DNA of 64,000 nucleotides, from positions 18,556 to 82,555 of IMG/VR virus record IMGVR_UViG_3300036398_001591; one strand, 5' to 3'. Every line of letters starts with the position of its first letter. The first letter of the stretch is position 1. This DNA comes from a virus. Positions 45,301 through 55,500 of this stretch are shown piece by piece. The translations under genes and the position numbers were made by a program. The notes beneath the pieces were generated by a model. That model did not search any database, was not told where the DNA came from, and saw only the letters and a list, made by a program, of their open reading frames with translations.

Positions 45301-45747
45301 TTGTACTGGAGAGGCTATAAATGGAAGTGTGCTACCCTCACCTAATTGGCCTAGGTTGTTTCTACCCCAAGTGAATAATAATCCATCAGATCTAATTGCG
45401 ACAGTGTGTGAATTTCCACCCGCAACCTTTGTCCAATTATAAACATCTGTAGGTCCAGTGAAAACACCCAATTGATAAAATGTGTTATTACCCCAGACAT
45501 ATAAAAAACCTGGTCCTGGTGGGCCTATTGTACCTATGGCCGCAAACATTGTGCCAATATCCACACCACCACTTTGAAAACTTGTGGTACCAAAAGCTGT
45601 GCCACCATTAGCTACACTGTAGTAATAGTTAGAAATGTCGGTGCCACCGACTGTGTAATTCACATCGGCTCTTTTTGAAGACCCGCCTATTGGTTCAAAG
45701 AGCGTATCTAGGTCAGCACCGGTAACTCTAAAACTTGTGGTTGGCAT
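42334..45747 (-). CDS. RCC1/BLIP-II repeat protein (about 21 blades), putative adhesin
   Basis: Repeated SSPVQIGSSSWTAV...AIRSDG.LF.WG....GQLGDG units. Confidence 0.9.
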   Translation of the reverse strand: MPTTSFRVTGADLDTLFEPIGGSSKRADVNYTVGGTDISNYYYSVANGGTAFGTTSFQSGGVDIGTMFAAIGTIGPPGPGFLYVWGNNTFYQLGVFTGPTDVYNWTKVAGGNSHTVAIRSDGLLFTWGRNNLGQLGEGSTLPFIASPVQIGSSSWTAVSAGTYLSAAIRSDGRLFLWGRNNYGQLGDNTTIGKSSPVQIGSSSWTAVSAGGVNTAAIRSDGLLFLWGRNTSGQLGDGTTVSKSSPVQIGSSSWTAVDIGGFLNTAAIRSDGLLFAWGSNFFGQLTTEAEGPASTIFSWTAVSTGATHTAAIRSDGLLFTWGRNYQGRLGDGTTTSRSSPVQIGSSSWTAVSASNSHTAAIRSDGRLFAWGAGTNGRLGDGTTVNKSSPVQIGSSSWTAVAAGQAHTAAIRSDGLLFTWGIGTTGTLGDGTTVAKSSPVQIGSSSWTAVQAGAAFNVAIRSDGLLFTWGAGAQGQLGDGTTVAKSSPVQIGSSSWTAVSNQIGYTNLAIRSDGILFSWGLGQQGQLGNSSTLNRSSPVQIGSSSWTAVSTSNGQVSLAIRSDGKLFSWGRNINSQLGDGTTTSRSSPVQIGSSSWTAVPASSFTHTSAIRSDGILFIWGTNPYGTLGNSRTSPVSFTEASPIVVGGQGILFDRSSPIQIGSSSWTAVSAGDQFMTAIRSDGYLFTWGSNFGFSNVTGQLGDGTRASARSSPVQIGSSSWTAVSTGESNVAAINSDGKLFGWGSGGLAGSSSPVQIGSSSWTAVSSSSHTNVIAANNRLYAIGTNSAGQAGIGITTFTAVNTLTLVGGNIIIPSSEFSPRQSGSSSWTAVGNGEQHSIAIRSDGRLFTWGRNFYGRLGDGTTIDRSSPVQIGSSSWTALAAGATHAVAIRSDGLLFAWGAGNSGRLGDGTTSDRSSPVQIGSSSWTAVSAGQNSTAAIRSDGYLFTWGNGTYGQLGDGTTVAKSSPVQIGSSSWTAVNSGFIGRHVAAIRSDGLLFIWGRNTLGQLGDGTTVVKSSPVQIGSSSWTAVSIGDSHTAAIRSDGRLFTWGSGNYGRLGDGTTVNKSSPVQIGSSSWTVVAAGNAHTAAIRSGGTLFTWGQNYQGRLGDGTTTSRSSPVQIGSSSWTAVSAGGTHTTAVLKG

Positions 45748-45756
45748 TTAAAATTA

Positions 45757-46044
45757 TTATTCTTGTGTAGGTTCTTCAGCCGGTGGTTGAGGAATTTCTA
45801 ATATATCTCTGTGTTCATACACTTCACCATTTTCTACGGTGTAATTTAGGTAATCCGACATTTTATGAGTTGCTGGATTGAATTCTGTTGTATCTCTAAT
45901 GATCTTAACGAATTCGTTTTCCCTCATAAAGTTTTCGTCAACTTTACATTTCAAGTCGAAATTATCATTGCCATTCCAATTTTTAGGTAACAGGTCATAA
46001 ACACCTTTTATTTCACCATCAATTAAATTTGCATATACTGTCAT
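45757..46044 (-). CDS. Hypothetical protein (95 aa), possible fibre assembly factor
   Basis: Lies between the fibre and RCC1 genes. Confidence 0.7.
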   Translation of the reverse strand: MTVYANLIDGEIKGVYDLLPKNWNGNDNFDLKCKVDENFMRENEFVKIIRDTTEFNPATHKMSDYLNYTVENGEVYEHRDILEIPQPPAEEPTQE

Positions 46045-48806
46045 TTTTTTCCTCCTAATGAATCAGTGTTATCTAATAAAATATTTATCTTCTTTTCCAA
46101 CTCTTTTATGGAGCCTTGTTGTTCTTTAATTGCTTCAATTAGTAAACCAATAATGCTGTCATATGAAAGTGACATAGTACCGTTTTCATTTGTGTTTACA
46201 ATTTCTGGAAGTATTTTTTCCACTTCTTGAGCAATAACACCTATTGATTTATTTCCGTTGTCTTTCCATGTAAAACTTACACCTCTCATCTGCAACACTT
46301 TATACATAGCATCTTCTAACGTATGTATATTTTCTTTAGTATTTACGTCAGACAGTGTGTTGAAAATTGTGGCATTCAGTGTGCCTGTCGAAGGATTAAA
46401 ATACAATTTCGTACTGCTTGCTTCAGCAGTTTGATTCGATCCAACTCCAGCAACAAATACTGGGTAATGGTTGGCGTTAGTTGTGCTTTCTTCTGCCGCA
46501 TTAATTGTCGTAGAAGGTCCTGCTGGTCCGATTGGTCCGATTGGTCCAATGGGTCCTTGTGGTCCAGCGTTGCCTATTGGACCAATGGGTCCTTGTGGTC
46601 CAGTATTACCGATGGGTCCAATAGGTCCGATTGGTCCAATGGGTCCTTGTGGTCCAGCGTTGCCTATTGGACCAATGGGTCCTTGTGGTCCAGTATTACC
46701 GATGGGTCCAATAGGTCCGATTGGTCCAATGGGTCCTTGTGGTCCAGCGTTACCAATTGGTCCGATTGGACCTTGTGGTCCTGTTGCACCTCTTTGACCG
46801 GCAGCAGTAATTGTCCACGATGAAGCCGAAGTTGTACCAATATTAAAATCTGCCGCAATAGCAAAAGTTGTTCCACCAGTTATAGTTACTGTGCCCTCAA
46901 AGAAGTTTGCTACCGTGTTAACGGCACGAACTCTCGAACCGGTAATAAATGCGCCTTGTGTATTTGTTGTGAGCGTGATAGTACCGGTTGAGGATGGAAC
47001 CGCAGTAGTTGTTGACGTTACACCGTCAAAACCTATTCCGATTGGGCCGATAGGCCCTTGTGGTCCGATGGGTCCAATAGGTCCGATGGGTCCTTGTGGC
47101 CCAATGGGTCCAATAGGTCCGATTGGCCCAATAGGTCCGATGGGTCCTTGTGGCCCAATGGGTCCAATAGGTCCGATTGGTCCAATAGGTCCGATGGGTC
47201 CTTGTGGCCCAATGGGTCCAATAGGTCCGATTGGTCCAATAGGTCCGATGGGTCCTTGTGGCCCAATGGGTCCGATTGGTCCGATAGGTCCTTGTGGTCC
47301 GATTGGTCCAATAGGTCCGATAGGTCCAATAGGTCCTTGTGGTCCAGTTAAACCGATAGGTCCGATTGGTCCTTGTGGCCCAATGGGTCCAATTGGTCCT
47401 TGTGGTCCAGTTAAACCGATTGGTCCAATAGGTCCTTGTGGTCCAGTTAAACCGATGGGTCCAATGGGTCCAATCGGCCCAATTGGTCCTTGTGGTCCAG
47501 TTAAACCGATGGGTCCAATGGGTCCTTGTGGTCCAGTTAAACCGATGGGTCCAATGGGTCCTTGCGGCCCAATAGGTCCAATGGGTCCAATTGGACCTTG
47601 TGGTCCTGTTGCACCTCTTTGACCAGCAATTGTTACAGTCCAAGAAGATGCTGTTGTTGTACCTAAGTTGAAATCTGCGGCAATAGCAAATGATGTGCCG
47701 GTGATTGTGACAACACCTTCAAAAAAGTTTGCAGTTGTGTTTGTTGCTCTTACACGATTTCCTGTTACAAAATCATGGAAAGTTGTGTTAACAATTAATG
47801 TAATTGTTCCTGAGCCTGCTGGGGTAGCAGATGAGGTTGAGGTTACTTGTGAACCTGGTCCTGTTGCACCCGTTGGTCCAGTGTTGCCGATTGGTCCAAT
47901 AGGTCCAATTGGTCCTTGTGGTCCTGTATTACCAATAGGTCCAATTGGTCCTTGTGGTCCTGTATTACCAATAGGTCCAATAGGTCCGATGGGTCCAATA
48001 GGTCCTTGTGGTCCGGTATTACCGATTGGTCCAATAGGTCCTTGTGGCCCAATCGGTCCAATAGGTCCTTGTGGCCCAATCGGTCCAATGGGTCCAATGG
48101 GTCCTTGTGGTCCAGTGTTGCCGATGGGTCCAATAGGTCCTTGTGGTCCTGTAGGACCAATAGGTCCGATTGGTCCAATAGGTCCTTGTGGTCCGATTGG
48201 TCCAATAGGTCCGATAGGTCCGATAGGTCCGATAGGTCCGATAGGTCCAATAGGTCCTTGTGGCCCAATTGGTCCAATGGGTCCTTGTGGTCCAGTTGGT
48301 CCAATATTACCTACAATATCAAACTGAAGCGAACACGGTTCATTCGTATCCAACGGGTTTTCTATACCTGAAAGATATGTTATTCCAAATTGAACATATC
48401 CTGTTTGTGCTGTTACACTATTAATTTGATAAGTAAGAAGTTCGAGAGATCCAAATATTCTTAAATATGCTTTGGGTGTTCCCGTTGAATTGTTAATAGC
48501 CAGTAATGCGGCACGAACATTATCTGATCCACCTGTTAAATCATCAATGTACAACTCTGTAGCTGATGATTGTGTGGCATTATTCAGTCTAAACAAACCA
48601 GTGCCAGGATCCACATTTGTTGTGCTAGAGGAGAAAGTGTAGGGATATCCCGCCGTTTGCCCAGTGGCTCCGGTACTTCCAATGGGTCCTTGTGGACCAG
48701 TTGGACCAAAAGTTCCGGCACCAACCCATTGACCGTTAGCCGCAATAACAAACGTATTGCCTACCGTTAAGCCATTTTTGACTACGAATGTATTTGCTGA
48801 TGCCAA
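46041..48806 (-). CDS. Collagen-like tail fibre with C-terminal peptidase S74 chaperone
   Basis: Three long Gly-Pro-X tracts; C-terminal SDVNTKENI...GVIAQEVE...[14 protein letters not shown]; TTG start with GGGGAG RBS. Confidence 0.88.
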   Translation of the reverse strand: MASANTFVVKNGLTVGNTFVIAANGQWVGAGTFGPTGPQGPIGSTGATGQTAGYPYTFSSSTTNVDPGTGLFRLNNATQSSATELYIDDLTGGSDNVRAALLAINNSTGTPKAYLRIFGSLELLTYQINSVTAQTGYVQFGITYLSGIENPLDTNEPCSLQFDIVGNIGPTGPQGPIGPIGPQGPIGPIGPIGPIGPIGPIGPIGPQGPIGPIGPIGPTGPQGPIGPIGNTGPQGPIGPIGPIGPQGPIGPIGPQGPIGPIGNTGPQGPIGPIGPIGPIGNTGPQGPIGPIGNTGPQGPIGPIGPIGNTGPTGATGPGSQVTSTSSATPAGSGTITLIVNTTFHDFVTGNRVRATNTTANFFEGVVTITGTSFAIAADFNLGTTTASSWTVTIAGQRGATGPQGPIGPIGPIGPQGPIGPIGLTGPQGPIGPIGLTGPQGPIGPIGPIGPIGLTGPQGPIGPIGLTGPQGPIGPIGPQGPIGPIGLTGPQGPIGPIGPIGPIGPQGPIGPIGPIGPQGPIGPIGPIGPIGPIGPQGPIGPIGPIGPIGPIGPQGPIGPIGPIGPIGPIGPQGPIGPIGPIGPQGPIGPIGIGFDGVTSTTTAVPSSTGTITLTTNTQGAFITGSRVRAVNTVANFFEGTVTITGGTTFAIAADFNIGTTSASSWTITAAGQRGATGPQGPIGPIGNAGPQGPIGPIGPIGPIGNTGPQGPIGPIGNAGPQGPIGPIGPIGPIGNTGPQGPIGPIGNAGPQGPIGPIGPIGPAGPSTTINAAEESTTNANHYPVFVAGVGSNQTAEASSTKLYFNPSTGTLNATIFNTLSDVNTKENIHTLEDAMYKVLQMRGVSFTWKDNGNKSIGVIAQEVEKILPEIVNTNENGTMSLSYDSIIGLLIEAIKEQQGSIKELEKKINILLDNTDSLGGKK

Positions 48807-48837
48807 GGTTCACTCTCCCCTAGGTGTGTTATTCTTA

Positions 48838-49305
48838 TTATTTGTAAAAACCGGTTCTAACTATTTTAATCGTTAGTCTCTCGCTTGTTGTTGGTGTGAA
48901 AAGTAAATTCACGATATTTGTTTTAGCTGAAGGTGTTAAGTTAGCGGAGAAAGTTCCAAGTGTTCTGTTAAACAATGTTCCTTGTTCAGTTGTGTAAACA
49001 TCATTTTCATCTTGTAAAAGATATATTGTTGTAAACAAAAATCTTTTTGTGTCACCAGAAGAACCGTCAACAATTATCGAATAAGTTGCCGCACGAAAAT
49101 CATCGGCATCAAACGAGTCAATTATTTTCGTGCTACCTGAATTCGATATTACAGTATTCGATGTAATCGAAAACGCACCATCCGACACCAGTGTTCCAAC
49201 ATTCAATGCACCAGTAACAGAGCCATCACCAAAAAGGTTGAACTGCCCCACATTTGTTGTGGGGGTTCCAATTATTAATGCATCAAGTACCGCTTTATTG
49301 CTCAT
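48838..49305 (-). CDS. Putative virion structural protein
   Basis: IDSF....FRAATYSI...VYTTEQG...LGTFSA domain typical of T4-like fibre accessory proteins. Confidence 0.7.
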   Translation of the reverse strand: MSNKAVLDALIIGTPTTNVGQFNLFGDGSVTGALNVGTLVSDGAFSITSNTVISNSGSTKIIDSFDADDFRAATYSIIVDGSSGDTKRFLFTTIYLLQDENDVYTTEQGTLFNRTLGTFSANLTPSAKTNIVNLLFTPTTSERLTIKIVRTGFYK

Positions 49306-49306
49306 G

Positions 49307-52300
49307 TTATGCTTGTGCTTCTGTCCATGATAGTCTAGACTGAATCTGTCTTGCGTTTGTATTTAAACTTGTTACAACAACTGTCACAACGTCAGGACCA
49401 TCTGGGAATACTTGTGAACCTGCGTTGTTATTTGTTCCACCACCGTTCACAGAATTTCCTAAGTCACGAACGAGATTCAAATCTTGTTGTGTAGCAGAGT
49501 AAATTGTACCACCGCCATCGTTATTAACGAAGAACGCATAAATCAAGTCTCCGCCACGAACGTTACGCCCTGTTGTATGATAGCACACTTGTGAAAGACT
49601 TGGAGCACCAGCAGTTTGCCATAGATCACCAGAATCTACAACACCGTTCAATACTAATTTAACCAAAAAAATACCATTCGTTAAAATGTCCAATTGGCGG
49701 AGTGTCAATTGCATTGTGTTCAGAACTTCACGTTGACCAAGAACACCAGGAATACCAGAGTCAACTGATGGCGCTAGTCTGAGTGAAAGAACTGCGTTTG
49801 TTGCTCCGGCCGCCACAGCCAAAGATGATGTTGATGGTGTTGAGAACACGAAAGATTTATCATCATCGTAACGGCCATCCATAATAACAGAAGACCCCCA
49901 ATGTGATATAGCTGGAACAAACTGAGGTGCCGCCAGCGACACGGCAATTGGTGCAGTAGCAGAGTAGGTATGTCCTGTTGCTGTTGCACCCATTGGATCA
50001 ACAATTAATGTTAAGCCAGAACCTGCGGCAGTTGCGGCACGGCTCATCTGAATTGTATTTGGAGAGCCAGCAGTAATGGAAACAATAAATGTTCCTGTTG
50101 AAATTCCTGTACCTGTAATTCTTTGACCAACTTGAAGACCCGTTGTTGGTGATGTTGTTGTCATTGTTGTGGAACCACCAACAGTTACACAACCAGTGAG
50201 TGCAGTATTACCTGCCGCACCACGGGTCACACCTGTAAATGTACCAGAAGTTTTACCCGAATAGTTTACATACTCCATACCAGCAGGATCTCTAATCAAT
50301 AAAGAACCGGCTGATGGGAAATTAGCTGTGTTTGCAACAGAAATTGAAGTGTCACCCGAACCAATTGTTCCAGTGATTAATGTTTCTGGTACATATGTGT
50401 TAACTTCATAACGTGCTGGAAGATTACCAGAACGTAGATATGCTTCTGTCAAATTATTGTTGTGAATAAATCTGTGGCAATATATGACTTGACCCGCTTG
50501 GTCTTTAAAACCAAAACGTATTGCACCAGCACCATACCATGAATAGTCTATATAGAACATCTGTATTTTAGCCAAATCGATGTTGTATCCAGATGGTCCT
50601 GTTCCGTCCATACGATCCAAATTCCATGCAGTTTGTGCAATTTTAGTGTCAATAATTTCAGAGATAACTGCTGTTGTTTTACCTGTTAATGACACGCCAC
50701 GATATGGTGGAGAAATTTGTAATGATGTGTCTGATGCAATAGACATGACACGGTAACACATACCACGAATGGAAATAAATTGACCTGGGAAACATTGTTT
50801 AGAGAACAGTGTTGATACACCGTTCACTGTTGCACCAGTTACTGTTGAAGATCCATTGGTTACGTTCACATAACCTGAGAGTTGTGTTGTTGAACTTCTA
50901 CGAACAGCCCATAGGGTTTGTCCGTCATATTCAAAGAACATACCGTTCGTTGCAGTGAACATACCAATACGTGCTGATGCACCATACCAATTTGTCACAC
51001 TTAATAGAGAGTTACCGGATGCTGGCGTTGCAGATGGTGTTGAGAGTGCTGTATAAGTAAATGTATAGTTTGTTGGAGTATCGACAACAGTAAAGTTTCC
51101 GTTGTATGCAGTTTCATTACATCCGGCAATTGTTATAGAAACACCCGGAAACAAAAAGTGTGCAACTTTAGTTGTGACAGTTACTGTTGTACCAGAAGAC
51201 GAAATTTGGTCAACAATAATATTTGGACGAAGAATCGTGCCTGTTGACCATTGAATACCTTTACCGGATTGGTAACGGAAATAACGACGGGTTTGACGAA
51301 CAATTGAATTTCCCTCTGCACCAGTGCCCATCGAGATTGATGTACCACCATCAAAAGGTCTGTGGACTGCTAAGCCGTATGGTTCAGCATAAACTCCACC
51401 GCCAGCACCGACCGCAATAGAACCAGTAGGCGCACTTGCTACACGAACTCTAAATGTGGTTGATGTTGGTACAGTAACGACAGTCCAGTTTCCATTAGGA
51501 GCATTTGTCGATGCTGTTAAGCCATAGCAATAAATGGATGAACCAATATTCAAACCGTGTGGTTCGTTTGTTGTAAATGTTACTAATGTGCCTGAGTTAG
51601 TAATAGATGCAATTGAATATGCGGCACCTGTGTAGAAACCACCAGAGAACACTTGTGTGGAAATAGAATTAAAAATAGCTTCCGTTACGTTGGCATTGCT
51701 TGTTCCAGAATAAGTTACGTTTGCACCTGTTCTAGAGTCTGCAATAAACAATCCATTAAAGTCATCATTGTACGAGTCTTGTATCTGAATTGGTGTTCCC
51801 GCTTCAGGCACCTGCGTTGGTGTAATATTATAAGATGCACCGGATAAATTGACGTTAGCAGTTGCCTGTAGTTGCAGTGAAGTGTTGTTTGCAACAGTAG
51901 AAACAGTACCAATGAATACGTTTCCGGAAGAATAAAGTGCGGAACCTGGAACAAGTTGGCCAGTGAAGTTTGTTCCTGCACCTGTTATTGTTGCACCAGA
52001 GTTGGAAATTGTTCCTGTTCCAGCCGTTTGTGTGAATGTAATTGTGGATGTTTTTGAGCCAGAAGTTGTTATAATATTTGTAACCGTCAGAGGTTGCTGG
52101 AGGTTTGGATAATATGTTGAACGGTTCGATAAGTAGTTTACTGTTTCCCATTTTGTCGGCTGTAGTCCATATTCAAAATCGGTATCAATCAAAGATTGTG
52201 GAGTAGAAATACGAAGTTTACTTACCGGATCCATCAATGTTTCTGATGGCATAATGGACTGGTCAACTTCATCAACAAGAACCGAAATCTTGTCAGTCGA

Positions 52301-52546
52301 AGACATGGCTCCAGTGTTGTATGAAAGAACAATCGTGGTTTGTGTTGAACTTGGTGAGCCAGGAGTAACCGTAGCAGTCAGAACTGGATCAGAAAAGTTG
52401 TAGATGACCTTGTTACCAGCAGTTACGTTAGTAATAAGAACAAGTCTCTCCGCAGGATAGTAATGCGGAAGAATGATTGTCTTAGTTGCAGGATTAAAAG
52501 AATAGCCTGGGTTGGTACTATTCTCTAAAATTACTCTACGTGCCAT
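49307..52546 (-). CDS. Large virion structural protein
   Basis: T/S/G-rich beta modules; QTRRYFRYQSGKG and IDYSWYGAG motifs. Confidence 0.8.
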   Translation of the reverse strand: MARRVILENSTNPGYSFNPATKTIILPHYYPAERLVLITNVTAGNKVIYNFSDPVLTATVTPGSPSSTQTTIVLSYNTGAMSSTDKISVLVDEVDQSIMPSETLMDPVSKLRISTPQSLIDTDFEYGLQPTKWETVNYLSNRSTYYPNLQQPLTVTNIITTSGSKTSTITFTQTAGTGTISNSGATITGAGTNFTGQLVPGSALYSSGNVFIGTVSTVANNTSLQLQATANVNLSGASYNITPTQVPEAGTPIQIQDSYNDDFNGLFIADSRTGANVTYSGTSNANVTEAIFNSISTQVFSGGFYTGAAYSIASITNSGTLVTFTTNEPHGLNIGSSIYCYGLTASTNAPNGNWTVVTVPTSTTFRVRVASAPTGSIAVGAGGGVYAEPYGLAVHRPFDGGTSISMGTGAEGNSIVRQTRRYFRYQSGKGIQWSTGTILRPNIIVDQISSSGTTVTVTTKVAHFLFPGVSITIAGCNETAYNGNFTVVDTPTNYTFTYTALSTPSATPASGNSLLSVTNWYGASARIGMFTATNGMFFEYDGQTLWAVRRSSTTQLSGYVNVTNGSSTVTGATVNGVSTLFSKQCFPGQFISIRGMCYRVMSIASDTSLQISPPYRGVSLTGKTTAVISEIIDTKIAQTAWNLDRMDGTGPSGYNIDLAKIQMFYIDYSWYGAGAIRFGFKDQAGQVIYCHRFIHNNNLTEAYLRSGNLPARYEVNTYVPETLITGTIGSGDTSISVANTANFPSAGSLLIRDPAGMEYVNYSGKTSGTFTGVTRGAAGNTALTGCVTVGGSTTMTTTSPTTGLQVGQRITGTGISTGTFIVSITAGSPNTIQMSRAATAAGSGLTLIVDPMGATATGHTYSATAPIAVSLAAPQFVPAISHWGSSVIMDGRYDDDKSFVFSTPSTSSLAVAAGATNAVLSLRLAPSVDSGIPGVLGQREVLNTMQLTLRQLDILTNGIFLVKLVLNGVVDSGDLWQTAGAPSLSQVCYHTTGRNVRGGDLIYAFFVNNDGGGTIYSATQQDLNLVRDLGNSVNGGGTNNNAGSQVFPDGPDVVTVVVTSLNTNARQIQSRLSWTEAQA

Positions 52547-52563
52547 GTTTTAAACTCCATTTA

Positions 52564-55500
52564 TTAATAACCAGTCATAATTGCTATTGGACTGAAGGGG
52601 TATCTCTTTGTTTGTGCTACTGTTATCTGATTTGGTGCAAGAACTCTAATTGTGCAATCCATGTTGGTTTGTGGTGCCGAAGAAAACGATATTTGAGAAA
52701 CGCTTCCTGTGTTTGCTACACTGTAACCTTTTGTGAACGCTAAGAAGTTCGAACCAAAAACTATATCATATGTATTTATGAATGGAGGAATCGACATACC
52801 TCCCAATTGAACTAGAATTTGCTCAGACGCCAAAATATTTACTACATTTGAATCTGCATAGAGATTAAATGTTCTCATAATACCATCAAAATATGCCGAA
52901 ATATCATCAATTACTGTGATGTTTGTTGTTGCGGTGTTTGCAACTGCATATGCGGCATTCGCTGTTGCATAGCCAGCATTCGCGGTAGCATAGCCAGCAT
53001 TTGCTGTAGAATATCCAGCATTAGCGGTTGCATAAGCCGCATTCGCCATGTTGCTGACACTCCAACCCAAACGACCTCCGATTGGAAGACCAATTTGTTT
53101 ATAAGCATCTGCTGCCGCAAATGATGACCAGTTTTGGAAAGTATTCTCAGTCGATACAATAATACCATCGGTATTACCATTCGCGGAGATTACCCATTGA
53201 CCACCAGTAATACCAAATTCATTCCAACGAAGGTATGTATTCGATTGATTGCCACGGTTGATAACCAACTGGTTGTTTGAAGTTGGTGTAATTGCTGTCG
53301 TTAGACCAGCACTCATCGTAATAACGTTAGTCTGAACGTCTAAGTTTGCAGATGAAATTGTTGAGAATGAACCTTGAACTTGTAGATTACCAGTAATGAT
53401 TACGTTACCGGTAATAAAACCTTCACCATTAACATCAAGTGTATAACGTGGATCACTTCTATTAACACCCAGTCTTGCACGTTCTGCATCATAGAGCATG
53501 ACACCAGTATTACCTGTTGCTATACCAACAGTTAAGTTACCATTTGCAGTTACTGTTCCAGCATAAAGGTTTGCGGTTGCACCAGTAAGATACAACGGAC
53601 CAGTCATTGTGTCACCGGTCTTAGATACTTTTAGTGCGGCGTTTCCTGTAATTTCACCGCGAAGTGTTGCTACGTTTGTAGAAACAATACTGTTTGTGTA
53701 TAGATTTGTTGATGATGCATTAGCCGTAATTCTGGAATTAATTATCACGTTGGCTGTAGCCATGTTTGCCGTGATATAAGAATCGGTATTCAAACGAAGT
53801 GTGGAAGCATTACCAGTGATGGATGAATTTAGTGTATTTACGTTTGATGTTACTTCACCACGAATTGTTGCCAAGTTCGCGGCAATCATCGAAACACTCA
53901 ATGCATTGGCTGATGCCGCATTTGTAGAAATTTCACCACGAAGTGTTGCTACGTTAGCTGAAACTGTGCTATTGATTACGGAGTTAGTTGATACTGCATT
54001 AGCAGTAATAGAACCATTAATTGTTGATACGTTAGATGAAATCTCACCACGAAGTGTGGCCACATTGGCTGATATGTTTGTATTAATTACAGAGTTGGCC
54101 GAAGCCGCATTTGCTGTAATGGAACCATTGATTGTGGCCACGTTAGCAGTAATCTCACCACGAAGTGTTGCTACATTAGCTGAAATGTTGGTATTGATTA
54201 CTGAATTTGCCGAAACGGCATTAGCAGTAATAGAACCATTGATTGTGGCTACGTTAGCCGTTATTCTACCATCAGTATATTGATTAGCGGCAGTATTGTT
54301 GGCTGTAATCTCACCACGGAGAGTTGCTACGTTAGCAGAAATTTCACCACGAAGTGTCGTGGTATTAGCCGCAATTGAACCGTTAATTGTTGATACATTC
54401 GAGGTAATAGAACCATTTAAGGCTGCAACGTTGCCTGATATTTCCCCACGTAGTGTGGCTACGTTAGCGGAGATGTTGGTATTGATTACAGAGTTAGCAC
54501 TTGCCGCATTGGCTGTTATTTCTCCACGAAGTGTGGCAACGTTGGATGTTATTGAACCATTTAACGTGGCTACATTGGATGTAATTGAACCGTTTATTGT
54601 AGCAACGTTAGCCGATATGTTGGTGTTAATGACCGAGTTGGCTGAAGTGGCATTGGCAGTTATTTCTCCACGAAGTGTGGCTACATTGGCGGATATGTTG
54701 GTGTTAATTACAGAATTAGCACTTGCCGCATTGGCAGTTATTTCACCGCGGAGTGTGGCAACGTTGGATGCTATTGAACCATTTATTGTGACTACATTGG
54801 ATGTAATTGAACCATTTATTGTAGCAACGTTACCTGATATTTCACCTCGGAGTGTGGCTACGTTAGCTGTTATTTTTTGATCCATCGCAAGGTTTGCAGA
54901 TAAAGACTGCGTTGCAATAGATGAGTTAATTGTTGTTACATTAGATGATATTTCACCACGAAGTATATCAACGTTGGCCGATAGTACAGAATTTACATAA
55001 GAATTAGATGAAGTTGCATTCGATGTAATCTCACCACGTAGTGTTGCTACGTTAGATGTAATTGAGCCGTTTATTGTTGCTACGTTAGCGGAGATGTTGG
55101 TGTTGATTACGGAGTTAGCACTTGCGGCATTGGCTGTAATTGAACCGTTAATTGTAGATACGTTAGATGATATTTCACCACGAAGTGTAGCAACGTTAGC
55201 CGAGATGTTAGTATTAATTACAGAATTTGCAGATGCCGCATTGGCTGTAATAGAGCCATTTATTGTGGCCACGTTAGCGGATATTCTAGTATTAATTACA
55301 GAATTTGCAGATGCCGCATTGGATGTAATCTCACCACGGAGAGTCGCAACGTTAGCCGATATATTGGTGTTGATGACCGAGTTAGCTGATGCCGCATTGG
55401 CTGTAATAGAGCCATTTATTGTGGCTACGTTAGATGATATTTCACCACGAAGTGTAGCAACGTTAGCCGATATATTGGTGTTGATGACCGAATTGGCTGA

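Noticed and set aside
42334-45420. CRISPR-like look of constant repeats with variable spacers
   Set aside because: The period is about 147 nt, in frame within a single RCC1 ORF, and there are no cas genes
42334-45747. Diversity-generating retroelement
   Set aside because: No reverse transcriptase or non-coding template repeat in the window; variation includes indels and is not visibly adenine-specific
46471-48371. Plus-strand collagen-like ORFs (also 57803-58312) and alternate-frame DLLD/WTHR repeat ORFs
   Set aside because: By-products of quasi-palindromic GPI codons; no RBS or promoter and opposite to the gene flow
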